Source of the DNA: Burkholderiales bacterium
GTDB taxonomy: Bacteria; Pseudomonadota; Gammaproteobacteria; Burkholderiales; SG8-39
NCBI GenBank assembly: GCA_038206915.1
Contig: JBBRAI010000001.1
Span: forward strand, 36,025 to 100,024
Reading direction: 5' to 3'
Length of the DNA stretch: 64,000 bases
Part shown: piece by piece, positions 31,876 to 41,692 of the stretch
Position numbering within the stretch: position 1 is the first letter of the stretch
How the letters are laid out: every line of letters starts with the position of its first letter
Translations under genes and position numbers: made by a program
Notes under the pieces: generated by a model
What the model was told of the DNA's origin: nothing
Seen by the model: the letters and a program-made list of their open reading frames with translations, nothing else
The model's database searches: none

Positions 31876-32202
31876 ATGAAGTCAAAGCTCCACGAGACTA
31901 TTCGAGCGCGACGGCTTGCCTTGGGCCTGTCGCAAATCGAGGTTGCGCGCCGAAGCGGTATTCAGCAGCGGCAGGTGTCGCTGTTCGAGCGCGGAGGAGA
32001 TGTAACGCTATCCACGCTCTTGAAGCTGGCCCAGGCGCTAAACATGGAACTGCTACCGATTCCACGCGAGGACAGCGCAAAGGTCGCGGCCGTAATTAAA
32101 GTCCAGGCCAAACGCGCGCCGGCCTCTTCTGCCGCTTCGTCGCCGCCTTCCCTGCTTGACCGCTATCAGGTAAAAGAGGACGAGGAGCCGTCAGATGGCT
32201 GA
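31876..32202 (+). CDS. hipB: XRE-family HTH antitoxin (HipB-like)
   Basis: 108 aa, IRARRLALGLSQIEVARRSGIQQRQVSLFERG HTH. It overlaps the HipA-like gene by 8 nt. Confidence 0.75.
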   Translation: MKSKLHETIRARRLALGLSQIEVARRSGIQQRQVSLFERGGDVTLSTLLKLAQALNMELLPIPREDSAKVAAVIKVQAKRAPASSAASSPPSLLDRYQVKEDEEPSDG

Positions 32203-33448
32203 AACCCGCGTGCTCAAGATTCTGCTGGGCAATGTACCTGTCGGCCACCTCACCGGCTTTCAGGACGGCAAGAGCCTGTTCGCCTTTGATGACAGCTACA
32301 TCGACCTGGGACCCGGCCGGCCGGTCCTGAGCCTGTCATTCAACACGCCCGGAGACGAAGAAGCGACCGAGCGCACGCTGCGCGAAATTTATCCCAGCCG
32401 GATGAAGTTACCACCTTTCTTCAGCAACCTGCTGCCCGAAGGCGTGCTGCGAGAATACATGGTCAAGCGACTGAAGATTCACCACGACCATGAATTCGAC
32501 CTGCTCATGGCACTGGGCGCGAGCCTGCCCGGCGCGGTTCGCGCGCTTCCCGCAGACGAATTGCCGCATGCCGCCATTCACTACCGGCCTGGCACCACGC
32601 ACGCCGCACCCGAGGAAACACCGATCAAGTTTTCGCTGGGCGGATCACAGCTCAAGTTCTCGATGATCGAGCGCGGTGGGCGATTCACGCTGGCCGATGG
32701 CGACGACGAGTGGATCGTCAAGCCACCGCACCCGACGTATCCCAACGTCCCTGCGAACGAGTACACGATGATGCTCCTTGCGGCCGCCGCTGGAATACAA
32801 ACGCCCGAAGTCAAGCTGGTGCAGCTCGGAGACATAGATCTGGCGGGACTGGCCGGCCTCTCGATACCGCAATGGGAAACCTGGGCCTACGCCGTCAAGC
32901 GCTACGACCGCACTGCCAACGGACGCGTCCACGTCGAAGACTTCGCGCAGGTATTCAACGTCCCTGCCGACCAGGAATATAAAGCGACCAATTACGACAC
33001 GATCGGCAGATTGATCTTCGATCTCTTTCCCAATCGCTTCGAGCAGCTCGCGGAATTCATTCGGCGACTAGTCGTCAACATTCTCATCGGCAACGGCGAC
33101 GCACATCTCAAGAACTGGTCAGTGATCTATCAAGACAAAGTGACGCCCCAGCTGGCGCCGGCATACGACCTCGTATCGACGATTCACTATGTCGCGAACG
33201 ACAGCCTTGCACTGAATCTGGGTGGGGAAAAGCGTTTCGAATCCATCGACCAAGAACATTTCGACCGGCTCGCCCGTCGGATGGACGCGCCACCGAAGTT
33301 CGTGCTGGACATCGTCAAGGAGACGGTGACAATCGCCCAAAAAGCGTGGCCCGGGATCATTCGCGAAGTCGGTCTCCCGGAGGATATTCGTAACCGCCTT
33401 TACCGCCATTGGGACGGGCTTTCCGAGCTGCTGCGGATAAGGCGATAG
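32195..33448 (+). CDS. hipA: HipA-family serine/threonine kinase toxin
   Basis: 417 aa. HipA N-terminal coupling region (VGHLTGFQDGKSLFAFDDSY), SLGGSQLKFS, catalytic GNGDAHLKNWSVIY. Confidence 0.85.
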   Translation: MAETRVLKILLGNVPVGHLTGFQDGKSLFAFDDSYIDLGPGRPVLSLSFNTPGDEEATERTLREIYPSRMKLPPFFSNLLPEGVLREYMVKRLKIHHDHEFDLLMALGASLPGAVRALPADELPHAAIHYRPGTTHAAPEETPIKFSLGGSQLKFSMIERGGRFTLADGDDEWIVKPPHPTYPNVPANEYTMMLLAAAAGIQTPEVKLVQLGDIDLAGLAGLSIPQWETWAYAVKRYDRTANGRVHVEDFAQVFNVPADQEYKATNYDTIGRLIFDLFPNRFEQLAEFIRRLVVNILIGNGDAHLKNWSVIYQDKVTPQLAPAYDLVSTIHYVANDSLALNLGGEKRFESIDQEHFDRLARRMDAPPKFVLDIVKETVTIAQKAWPGIIREVGLPEDIRNRLYRHWDGLSELLRIRR

Positions 33449-33525
33449 CACTCGCTTACCTCTCCCGTCGCACGGCACCGATCGAGCAGCTGTCATACTC
33501 CGCTGCACGTCTATAATGGCGGCCG

Positions 33526-36084
33526 ATGAAGCCTGAAGCGCACGCGCCGGCCAGTTTGACCGCGCACACTCCGATGATGCAGCAGTACCTGCGCCTTAAA
33601 GCGCAGCATCCGGACATCCTGCTGTTCTACCGCATGGGCGACTTTTACGAGCTGTTCCACGACGACGCCGAGAAAGCGGCGCGCCTGCTCGACATCACGC
33701 TCACCACGCGCGGCGCATCAGCCGGCGTGCCGATCAAAATGGCGGGCGTGCCCTATCACGCGGTGGAACAGTACCTGGCGAAGCTGCTTAAGCTCGGCGA
33801 GTCGGTCGCGATCTGCGAGCAGATCGGCGATCCGAACGCTTCGAAGGGACCGGTGGAGCGCGCAGTGACGCGCATCGTCACTCCGGGCACGCTGACCGAT
33901 TCCGCGCTGCTCGACGAGAAATCCGACCAGTTGCTGCTCGCGCTCGCGGTCGAGGACAACAGCGTGGGCCTGGCATGGCTGAATCTCGCGAGCGGAGAGC
34001 TGCGCGTGGCCGAAATGCCGCAGCGCCAGCTCGCGGGCGAGCTCACGCGGCTGCGTCCGGCCGAAATCCTGGTCGCCGACGGCGCTGCGCACGCCGGCCT
34101 CAGCACCACCGCCGCGCTTACCCGGCTGCCGCAATGGCATTTCGACTACGCCGCCGCGCACGAGCAGCTGCTCAAGCATTTCAATGTGCACTCGCTCGCG
34201 GGCTTCGGCTGCGAGGACCTGCGCCCCGCGATCGCCGCCGCCGGCGCGCTGCTCGCGTACGCGCGCAAGACCCAGGGCCAGGCGCTGTCGCACGTGAACG
34301 CGCTGCGCGCCGAGCGCGCCGACGATTACGTGCGCATGGATGCGGCCACGCGGCGCAATCTGGAGCTCACCGAAACCCTGCGCGGCACGCCCGCGCCCAC
34401 GCTGTGCAGCCTGCTCGACGGCTGCGCCACCGGCATGGGCAGCCGCCTGCTGCGCCACTGGCTGCATCATCCCTTGCGCGACCGCGCCGTGCTGGCCAAT
34501 CGCCATGAGGCGGTGGACGAGCTTGCGCAGGGCTCGCCGGCGCTGCGCGAGGCGCTGCGCCGCATCGCGGACGTGGAGCGCATCGGCGCGCGCATCGCGC
34601 TGAAGAGCGCGCGCCCGCGCGATCTCTCTGGGCTGCGCGACAGCCTCGCCGCGCTGCCCGCGCTGGCCGCGCCGCTCGCCGGCGCAGGCGCGCCGCGCCT
34701 CGCCGAGTTGCGCGACGGTCTCGCCGTGCCGCCGCAGTGCGCCTCACTGCTCGTGCGCGCGATCCTGCCCGAGCCCGCGACCTTGTTGCGCGAGGGCGGT
34801 GTCATCAACCACGGCTACGACGCCGGGCTGGACGAACTGCGCGCGCTGCAGACCAATTCGAGCGAATTCCTGGTCGCGCTGGAGGCGCGCGAGCGCGCGC
34901 GCAGCGGCATCCCCAACCTCAAGGTCGAATACAACCGCGTGCACGGCTTTTACATCGAAGTGACCCACGCGCACGTGGAAAAGATTCCGGCCGATTACCG
35001 CCGTCGTCAGACGCTGAAGAACGCGGAGCGCTACATCACGCCCGAACTCAAGGCATTCGAGGACAAGGCGCTGTCGGCGCAGGAGCGCGCGCTGGCGCTG
35101 GAAAAGACGCTGTACGAGCAACTGCTGGAGCAGCTGCAGCCGCATGTTCCCGCGCTGCAGCGCATCGCGCGCAGCCTGGCCGAGCTGGATCTCCTGGCGG
35201 CATTCGCCGATCACAGCCTGCGCTCGAACTGGTGCCGGCCGCAGTTCGTCGACGACGCGCTGATCGAAATCGAGGCCGGGCGCCACCCGGTGGTCGAGGC
35301 GCAGTTGGACCAGTTCATCGCCAACGACTGCCGCCTGAACGCCGCGCGCCGGCTGCTGCTGATCACCGGGCCGAACATGGGCGGCAAGTCCACCTACATG
35401 CGCCAGGTGGCGCTGATCGCGCTGCTCGCCCATATAGGCGCCTTCGTGCCGGCGCGCGCGGCGCGCCTGGGACCGATCGACCAGATCTTCACGCGCATCG
35501 GCGCCGCCGACGACCTCGCCGGCGGCCGCTCCACGTTCATGGTGGAAATGACTGAAAGCGCCAATATCCTGCACAACGCCACGCCGGCGAGCCTGGTGCT
35601 GATGGACGAGGTCGGGCGCGGCACCTCGACCTTCGACGGCCTCGCGTTGGCCTGGGCCATCGCGCGCCACCTGATTGATAAGAACCGCAGCTACACCTTG
35701 TTCGCCACGCATTATTTCGAGCTCACGCGGCTCGCGCTGGAGTACCGCGAGGCCGCCAACATCCACCTGGACGCCGTCGAGCACAAGGATTCGATCGTGT
35801 TTCTGCACGCGGTCGAGGAAGGCCCGGCCTCGCAGAGCTACGGCCTGCAGGTGGCGGCGCTCGCCGGCGTGCCCGGCAGCGTGACGCGCGCGGCGAAGCG
35901 CTACCTGCTGCAGCTGGAGGAGCAGAGCCTGACCCGCGGCGGACAAACTGACCTGTTCGCCGGCGTCACGCCCGCCGCCGAGGCCGAGCCGCATCCGGTG
36001 CTGGATCTGCTCGCCGGCGTCAAACCGGACGAGCTCAGCCCGAAAGAGGCGCTGGAACTGCTCTACAAGCTGAAGAATCTATAG
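33526..36084 (+). CDS. mutS: DNA mismatch repair protein MutS
   Basis: 852 aa. [22 protein letters not shown], Walker [26 protein letters not shown]. Confidence 0.95.
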   Translation: MKPEAHAPASLTAHTPMMQQYLRLKAQHPDILLFYRMGDFYELFHDDAEKAARLLDITLTTRGASAGVPIKMAGVPYHAVEQYLAKLLKLGESVAICEQIGDPNASKGPVERAVTRIVTPGTLTDSALLDEKSDQLLLALAVEDNSVGLAWLNLASGELRVAEMPQRQLAGELTRLRPAEILVADGAAHAGLSTTAALTRLPQWHFDYAAAHEQLLKHFNVHSLAGFGCEDLRPAIAAAGALLAYARKTQGQALSHVNALRAERADDYVRMDAATRRNLELTETLRGTPAPTLCSLLDGCATGMGSRLLRHWLHHPLRDRAVLANRHEAVDELAQGSPALREALRRIADVERIGARIALKSARPRDLSGLRDSLAALPALAAPLAGAGAPRLAELRDGLAVPPQCASLLVRAILPEPATLLREGGVINHGYDAGLDELRALQTNSSEFLVALEARERARSGIPNLKVEYNRVHGFYIEVTHAHVEKIPADYRRRQTLKNAERYITPELKAFEDKALSAQERALALEKTLYEQLLEQLQPHVPALQRIARSLAELDLLAAFADHSLRSNWCRPQFVDDALIEIEAGRHPVVEAQLDQFIANDCRLNAARRLLLITGPNMGGKSTYMRQVALIALLAHIGAFVPARAARLGPIDQIFTRIGAADDLAGGRSTFMVEMTESANILHNATPASLVLMDEVGRGTSTFDGLALAWAIARHLIDKNRSYTLFATHYFELTRLALEYREAANIHLDAVEHKDSIVFLHAVEEGPASQSYGLQVAALAGVPGSVTRAAKRYLLQLEEQSLTRGGQTDLFAGVTPAAEAEPHPVLDLLAGVKPDELSPKEALELLYKLKNL

Positions 36085-36114
36085 CATGGCATTGCAAAAC
36101 AGACCTAATCTGCG

Positions 36115-36196
36115 ATGTCATCCCGAGCAGCGCGAGGGATCTGCTTTTGATTCGAACAAAAAGCAGATCCCTCGGCCGCTGGCCTCGGAATGACAT
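36115..36196. repeat. 82-bp near-perfect palindromic (REP-like) element, a probable bidirectional hairpin after mutS
   Basis: Inner 16-bp perfect stem cgagggatctgctttt/aaaagcagatccctcg (36133-36148 / 36159-36174). Outer 13-bp arms atgtcatcccgag/ctcggaatgacat have 1 mismatch. Confidence 0.7.
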
Positions 36197-36202
36197 GTCG
36201 TA

Positions 36203-37162
36203 TTGCGACAGATGCTAAGGCCTTTCCTTCTCTGCATCGCCTTAACGCTGTGCGCAAGCCCTGCGCAGGCCGACGCGCCCTCGCCTTTTTCCTTCGCCAT
36301 CGTCGGCGACGCGCCCTACAACGCGCTGGAAGAACCGGAGTTCGCGCGGGAACTGGAAGAGATCAACCGGGTGGACCTTGCCTTCGTCGTTCATGTCGGC
36401 GATATCAAGAACGGCAGCAGTCCCTGCGGCGACGCCTTGTATGCCAAACGCGTGCAGCAGTTCCAGTCGGTGCGCCATCCGTTCATTTACGTTCCCGGCG
36501 ACAACGAATGGACCGATTGCCACCGCAGCGGCGCGGACCCGCTGGAGCGCCTGGCGAAACTGCGCGAGACGTTCTATCCGGACGACGACAGCCTGGGCAA
36601 GCGCAAGCTCAGGCTGGCACACCAGAGCGCAGACCCGCATTTTGCCGAATACCGCGAGAACGTGCGCTGGCGCTATGGCGGCGCATTGTTCCTCGGCCTG
36701 AACGTTCCCGGCAGCAACAATAATCTCGGCCGCACTCAGCAGATGGACGCGGAACACGCGCGGCGCAGCGCGGCCAACGCCGCCTGGCTGGCACAGGGCT
36801 TCGATCTGGCGACCAGGAACGGGGACTGGGCGGTTTTCATCGTGATGCAGGCCGATCCGCGTTTCGAAGGCCCGTTCCAGCGCCCGGCGGGCGCGGCCGA
36901 CGGCTATGCCGCGTTACGGCAGGAATTGCTCGCGCACACGCTGGCGTTCGGCAAGCCGGTGATCCTGATCCACGGCGATACCCACCGCTACCGCGTCGAT
37001 CACCCCCTGATCGATCCGGCGACGCAGCAGCCGGTCGCACTGTTCACGCGCGTCGAGAGTTTCGGCTCGCCGCTGGTGGATTGGATCGAAGTAAGCGTAG
37101 AGCCGGCCGGGCCGCAGTTGCTGCGCTTCAGGACCGGCACCGAGATCAACGCGGCGCGCTGA
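36203..37162 (+). CDS. exported calcineurin-like metallophosphoesterase
   Basis: Signal peptide MRQMLRPFLLCIALTLCASPAQA. Motifs VGDAPY, HVGDI, GDNEW, IHGDTH. Confidence 0.75.
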   Translation: MRQMLRPFLLCIALTLCASPAQADAPSPFSFAIVGDAPYNALEEPEFARELEEINRVDLAFVVHVGDIKNGSSPCGDALYAKRVQQFQSVRHPFIYVPGDNEWTDCHRSGADPLERLAKLRETFYPDDDSLGKRKLRLAHQSADPHFAEYRENVRWRYGGALFLGLNVPGSNNNLGRTQQMDAEHARRSAANAAWLAQGFDLATRNGDWAVFIVMQADPRFEGPFQRPAGAADGYAALRQELLAHTLAFGKPVILIHGDTHRYRVDHPLIDPATQQPVALFTRVESFGSPLVDWIEVSVEPAGPQLLRFRTGTEINAAR

Positions 37163-37290
37163 CGCTGCGCCGCCTGACGCTGCGCCTTATATCTTAAACA
37201 ATTGTTTGCTAGGAATGGCGCCCGACTTGCCCGCCAGGCCTGCACTCGTGCCAAATTTGACAACGGCAAGAACGCCGCGACGACTGTTGG

Positions 37291-38703
37291 TCAATCCCCG
37301 CTGTGGCGTTCGATGTAGGCCTTGACCGCCCCGGCGTCGGCGTCCATGAGTTCGAAGCGCTGCGGCAGCGACTCCAGTTTTTCGCAGCCCGGGGGATAAT
37401 CCGGATCGCGTCCCAGCGCTTCGCGGATGGTCGCGGCGAATTTCACCGGCAAGGCTGTTTCCAGGCACACCAGCGGCACGCCCGCCGGGCGCTGCTCCAG
37501 CCCGACCTTGAGCCCGTCGGCGGTATGGGTATCGATCATCACGCCGTAGTCGCGGTACACGCGGCGTATGGTATCCAGCCGGTCGGCATGCGAGCTCGAG
37601 CCGGAGACGAAGCCATACTCCTTGATTTTCGCGAAATAGGGCGTGGCGGACAGGTCGAACGCGCCTTCGGCATCGAGCCTGCGCCATAGCTCCTTCACCT
37701 GCGCCGCATCGCGTCCGACCAGATCGTATATGAAACGCTCGAAATTGGACGCTTTCGAAATGTCCATCGACGGGCTGGACGTCTGCACCACCGCCGACGC
37801 GGGGCGCACGCGATACATGCCGGTGCGGAAAAATTCGTCCAGCACCTTGTTTTCGTTAGTCGCGAGTATCAGTCGTGCGACGGGAAGTCCCATCATACGC
37901 GCGATGTGCCCGGCGCAGATATTGCCGAAATTGCCGCTGGGCACCGAGAACGCGACTTGCTCGTCGTCCGAGCGTGTCGCGGCGAAATAGCCGCGAAAGT
38001 AATACACCACCTGCGCCGCAACGCGCGCCCAGTTGATCGAATTCACCGCGCCTATATGATGGCGCGCCTTGAACGCTGCATCGTTGCTGACCGCCTTGAC
38101 GATGTCCTGGCACTCGTCGAACACGCCGCGGATGGCGATGTTAAAAATATTCGCGTCCTGCAGCGAAAACATCTGCGCCACCTGGAACGGGCTCATTTTT
38201 TCGTGCGGCGACAGCATAAACACGTTTACGCCGCGCTTGCCGCGCATCGCGTATTCGGCCGAGGACCCGGTGTCGCCCGAAGTCGCGCCGAGGATGTTGA
38301 TGTGCTCGCCGCGCCTGGCGAGCACGTACTCGAACAGGTTGCCGAGCAGCTGCATCGCCATGTCCTTGAACGCGAGCGTCGGCCCCTCCGACAGGCCGAG
38401 CAGGTGCAACCCCGGCGCCAGCGTCTTCAGCGGCGCGATCGCCTCGCTGCGGAACGCCGCCTTGGTGTAGGTGCGCGCGCACAGGCCGCGCAAGTCATCC
38501 GCCGGGACGTCGTCGCAGAACTTGCGCAGCACTTCGAAAGCGAGATCGGCGTATGGCAGGCCGCGCCAGGCGGCCAGCTCGGCCGGGCTGACGCGCGGAT
38601 AGCGCTCGGGCATCGCCAGGCCGCCGTCCGGACACAGGCCGGCAAGCATGATCTCGGTGAAGGGCTGCGGCTGCATGCCGCCGCGGGTGCTCAGGTAGCG
38701 CAT
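37291..38703 (-). CDS. thrC: threonine synthase
   Basis: 470 aa, MRYLSTRGG.., PLP-Lys region GPTLAFKDMAMQ. Confidence 0.95.
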   Translation of the reverse strand: MRYLSTRGGMQPQPFTEIMLAGLCPDGGLAMPERYPRVSPAELAAWRGLPYADLAFEVLRKFCDDVPADDLRGLCARTYTKAAFRSEAIAPLKTLAPGLHLLGLSEGPTLAFKDMAMQLLGNLFEYVLARRGEHINILGATSGDTGSSAEYAMRGKRGVNVFMLSPHEKMSPFQVAQMFSLQDANIFNIAIRGVFDECQDIVKAVSNDAAFKARHHIGAVNSINWARVAAQVVYYFRGYFAATRSDDEQVAFSVPSGNFGNICAGHIARMMGLPVARLILATNENKVLDEFFRTGMYRVRPASAVVQTSSPSMDISKASNFERFIYDLVGRDAAQVKELWRRLDAEGAFDLSATPYFAKIKEYGFVSGSSSHADRLDTIRRVYRDYGVMIDTHTADGLKVGLEQRPAGVPLVCLETALPVKFAATIREALGRDPDYPPGCEKLESLPQRFELMDADAGAVKAYIERHSGD

Positions 38704-38711
38704 GAGGATTT

Positions 38712-38948
38712 GGGACAGTCCGTTTGCGCGCTTCGCGCGCCAACCGTGTTTCCAGTACGGATAAAAAGCATCCGTACTGGAAACACGGTTACGGTTAAAG
38801 TACGGTCGGCGTGGGTCTCAATACAAGATCGTCGATTTCGCGCGGATGGCTTTTTCATCCGTGCGGAATCGACGATCCGCGCGGACGGGTTTGTGTCCGC
38901 GCAAAATCGCAACTCTGCAACAACGGCGGGCACAAATAAAGTCGCCAT
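38712..38948 (+). repeat. multi-hairpin intergenic repeat element, full copy 1 (between hom and thrC)
   Basis: Modules: GCGCGC-N3-GCGCGC (38726-38740). A 21-bp perfect hairpin (38742-38762/38770-38790, loop aaaaagc). A 22-bp hairpin with 2 G.U pairs (38827-38848/38856-38877, loop gcttttt). An 8-bp hairpin (38879-38886/38895-38902). Collinear with 48544-48775. Confidence 0.85.
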
Positions 38949-38973
38949 CATGAACTTTCATTAGATCGAAGCT

Positions 38974-40290
38974 TCAATTCCGCCCCAGCGCTTCCAGTCG
39001 GATGCGCGTGACCTTGCCCGTCACGACCGCGAGCTTTTCCATGCCCGCGATCGCCTTGTTGATCTGCTTCTCGCGCGTCTGGTGGGTGAGCATGATAATG
39101 TCCGCCTGCTCCTCGCCCTCGGAAGGCTCCTTCTGCACCATCGCGTCGATCGACACCTCGTGGTCGGCGAGGATACGCGTGATGTCGGCGAGCACGCCCG
39201 GCCGGTCCACGACGCGCATGCGCAGGTAGTAGGAGGTGACCACCTCCTCCATCGGCAGCATCGGGATGTCGGAGAGTTGGTCCGGCTGGAACGCGAGGTG
39301 CGGCACGCGGTGCTCCGGGTCGGCCGTATGCATGCGCGTCACGTCGACCAGGTCGGCCACCACCGCGCTCGCGGTCGGCTCCGCGCCCGCCCCCGCGCCG
39401 TAGTACAGCGTCGCGCCGACCGCGTCGCCTTTCACCAGTATCGCGTTCATCACGCCCTCGACATTGGCGATCAGGCGCCGCACCGGGACCAGCGTCGGGT
39501 GCACGCGCAGCTCGATGCCTTCGGGCGTCCGGCGCGTGATGCCGAGCAGCTTGATGCGATAGCCGAGCTGCTCGGCGTAGCGTATGTCCTCCTGCGTCAG
39601 CGCAGAGATGCCCTCCGTATAGGCCTTGTCCAGCTGCATCGGCACGCCGAACGCGATCGCAGACATGATGGTGAGCTTGTGCGCCGCGTCGATGCCCTCG
39701 ATGTCAAAGCTCGGATCCGCTTCGGCATAGCCCAGGCGCTGCGCTTGCTTCAGCACCGTATCGAACGGCAGGCCCTTGTCGCGCATTTCCGACAGGATGA
39801 AATTCGAGGTGCCGTTGATAATGCCGGCGATCCATTCGATGCGGTTCGCGGTGAGGCCCTCGCGCAGCGCCTTGATGATCGGGATGCCGCCCGCCACCGC
39901 GCCTTCGAACGCGACCATGACGCCCTTTTCCTGCGCCGCGGCGAATATTTCGTTGCCGTGCGTCGCCAGCAGCGCCTTGTTGGCGGTGACCACATGCTTG
40001 CCGTTGGCGATCGCCTGCAGCACCAGCTTGAGCGCGATGCCGCAGCCGCCGATCAGCTCGACCACGATGTCGATATCCGGATCGTTCACCACTTCCCAGG
40101 CATCGGCGGTGAGCGCGGCTTTGTCGCCAACCAGCTGCTGCGCGCGCGCGAGGTCCTGGTCGGCAACCTTGGTGATGCGGATGCCGCGGCCCGCGCGGCG
40201 CTGGATTTCCTCCTGGTTGCGCGCGAGCACGTTCCAGGTGCCCCCACCCACCGTCCCGACGCCAAGCAGTCCTACGCTAATCGGGTTCAT
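38974..40290 (-). CDS. hom: homoserine dehydrogenase
   Basis: 438 aa, GLLGVGTVGGG Rossmann motif, C-terminal ACT domain. Confidence 0.95.
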   Translation of the reverse strand: MNPISVGLLGVGTVGGGTWNVLARNQEEIQRRAGRGIRITKVADQDLARAQQLVGDKAALTADAWEVVNDPDIDIVVELIGGCGIALKLVLQAIANGKHVVTANKALLATHGNEIFAAAQEKGVMVAFEGAVAGGIPIIKALREGLTANRIEWIAGIINGTSNFILSEMRDKGLPFDTVLKQAQRLGYAEADPSFDIEGIDAAHKLTIMSAIAFGVPMQLDKAYTEGISALTQEDIRYAEQLGYRIKLLGITRRTPEGIELRVHPTLVPVRRLIANVEGVMNAILVKGDAVGATLYYGAGAGAEPTASAVVADLVDVTRMHTADPEHRVPHLAFQPDQLSDIPMLPMEEVVTSYYLRMRVVDRPGVLADITRILADHEVSIDAMVQKEPSEGEEQADIIMLTHQTREKQINKAIAGMEKLAVVTGKVTRIRLEALGRN

Positions 40291-40333
40291 CTAAGAGGCC
40301 ATTTCAGAATTATCGAAATAACCCCTGGTTTAA

Positions 40334-40392
40334 GGGAGCACGAGGGGAGGTCCCCCAAGGGGACTTCCTTCGGGGCGGATCCCCTCGTTTTG
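40334..40392 (+). repeat. GGGAGC-ACGAGGGGA...TCCCCTCGT-TTTG hairpin element (long form, with a 31-nt structured insert)
   Basis: 9-bp outer stem 40340-40348/40380-40388. Inner GTCCCC/GGGGAC stem (40350-40355/40359-40364) and a CC-UUCG-GG mini-hairpin (40367-40374). Same flanks as 58826-58858. Confidence 0.65.
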
Positions 40393-40426
40393 AAATTAAC
40401 TCGCAGCCCCGCCCGTGCAATCTGTC

Positions 40427-41611
40427 TCACAGCAATCCGTCCTTTTTGAACATTTCCTTGATGCCGCGCAGCGCCTGGCGCGAGCGCGCTTCGTTCTCGA
40501 TCAGCGCGATGCGCACATGGTCGTCGCCGTAATCGCCGAAGCCTATGCCCGGGGACACCGCCGCCTTGGCGTCGGTGAGCACCTTCTTGGCGAATTCGAG
40601 CGAGCCCATGCCGGCGTAATGCTCGGGAATTTTCGCCCAGATGTACATCGACGCCTTGGGATTGGCCACCATCCAGCCCATTTCGTGCAGCCCTTTCACC
40701 ATGACGTCGCGCCGCTTCTGGTACTTGAGGCGGATTTCCTCGACGCATTCCTGCGGCCCTTCCAGCGCCACGATCGAGGCCACCTGGATCGGCGCGAAGG
40801 TGCCGTAGTCGTGATAGCTCTTGATGCGCGCCAGTGCGTGCACCAGGTCCTTGTTGCCGACCATGAAGCCGATGCGCCAGCCGGCCATGTTGTAGCTCTT
40901 CGACATGGTGAAAAACTCCACCGCCACGTCGCGCGCGCCGGGCACCTGCATGATCGAGGGCGCCTTCCAGCCGTCGAAAGTGATGTCGGCATAGGCGAGG
41001 TCGTGCACCACCATGATGTCGTGCGCCTTGGCCAGCGCGATCACGCGTTCGAAGAACTCCAGCTCGACGCACATCGCCGTGGGGTTGGACGGAAAACCGA
41101 TCACCAGCATCTTGGGCTTGGGGATGAGTTCGCGGATCGCACGCTCGGTCTCGGCGAAAAAATCCACGCCCGGCGTCATGCGCACCGAGCGGATATCGGC
41201 CCCGGCGATGATCGCGCCGTAGATATGGATCGGATAGCTCGGGTTCGGCACCAGCACGGTATCGCCGCGATTCAGCGTGGCGAGCATCAGGTGCGCCAGG
41301 CCCTCCTTCGAGCCTATGGTGACGATGGCTTCGGAATCCGGATCGAATTCCACCCCGTAGCGCCGCTGATACCAGGCCGTGATGGCGCGGCGCAGGCGCG
41401 GTATGCCCTTGGACACCGAGTAGCCGTGCGTATCGGTGCGTTGCGCCGCTTCCACCAGCTTGTCGACGATGTGCTTCGGCGTGGGGCCGTCCGGGTTGCC
41501 CATGCTCATGTCGATGATGTCTTCGCCGGCGCGCCGCGCCGCCATCTTCAGCTCGTTGGTGATGTTGAAGACGTAGGGCGGCAGGCGGTTGATGCGGTCG
41601 AACTGTCTCAT
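40427..41611 (-). CDS. class I/II pyridoxal-phosphate aminotransferase (AlaC/AlaT-like)
   Basis: 394 aa, [15 protein letters not shown].., [21 protein letters not shown] (PLP-Lys). Confidence 0.85.
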   Translation of the reverse strand: MRQFDRINRLPPYVFNITNELKMAARRAGEDIIDMSMGNPDGPTPKHIVDKLVEAAQRTDTHGYSVSKGIPRLRRAITAWYQRRYGVEFDPDSEAIVTIGSKEGLAHLMLATLNRGDTVLVPNPSYPIHIYGAIIAGADIRSVRMTPGVDFFAETERAIRELIPKPKMLVIGFPSNPTAMCVELEFFERVIALAKAHDIMVVHDLAYADITFDGWKAPSIMQVPGARDVAVEFFTMSKSYNMAGWRIGFMVGNKDLVHALARIKSYHDYGTFAPIQVASIVALEGPQECVEEIRLKYQKRRDVMVKGLHEMGWMVANPKASMYIWAKIPEHYAGMGSLEFAKKVLTDAKAAVSPGIGFGDYGDDHVRIALIENEARSRQALRGIKEMFKKDGLL

Positions 41612-41692
41612 ATGGCGCGTTTCAATTTGATGGTACGTCAGTCGCGGTAAGTGCTGAAAAAGTCTATAATTTTAGCCTATTTGAGGCGCGCC

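Noticed and set aside
38691-38951. ORFs crossing the repeat elements (38691..38951 -, 48472..48825 -, 48664..48864 +, 36118..36300 -) that share peptides such as RADGFFIRA and VRMLFIRT
   Set aside because: The shared peptides are simply translations of the conserved palindromic DNA in several frames and strands. There are no start or SD signals, and both strands appear to be conserved.
41651-41692. Longer GTG-initiated form of the Mth938-domain ORF
   Set aside because: A TATAAT box (41665-41670) lies inside it, and a GAGG SD precedes the in-frame TTG at 41693. The shorter form matches the usual ~120-aa length. This remains uncertain.
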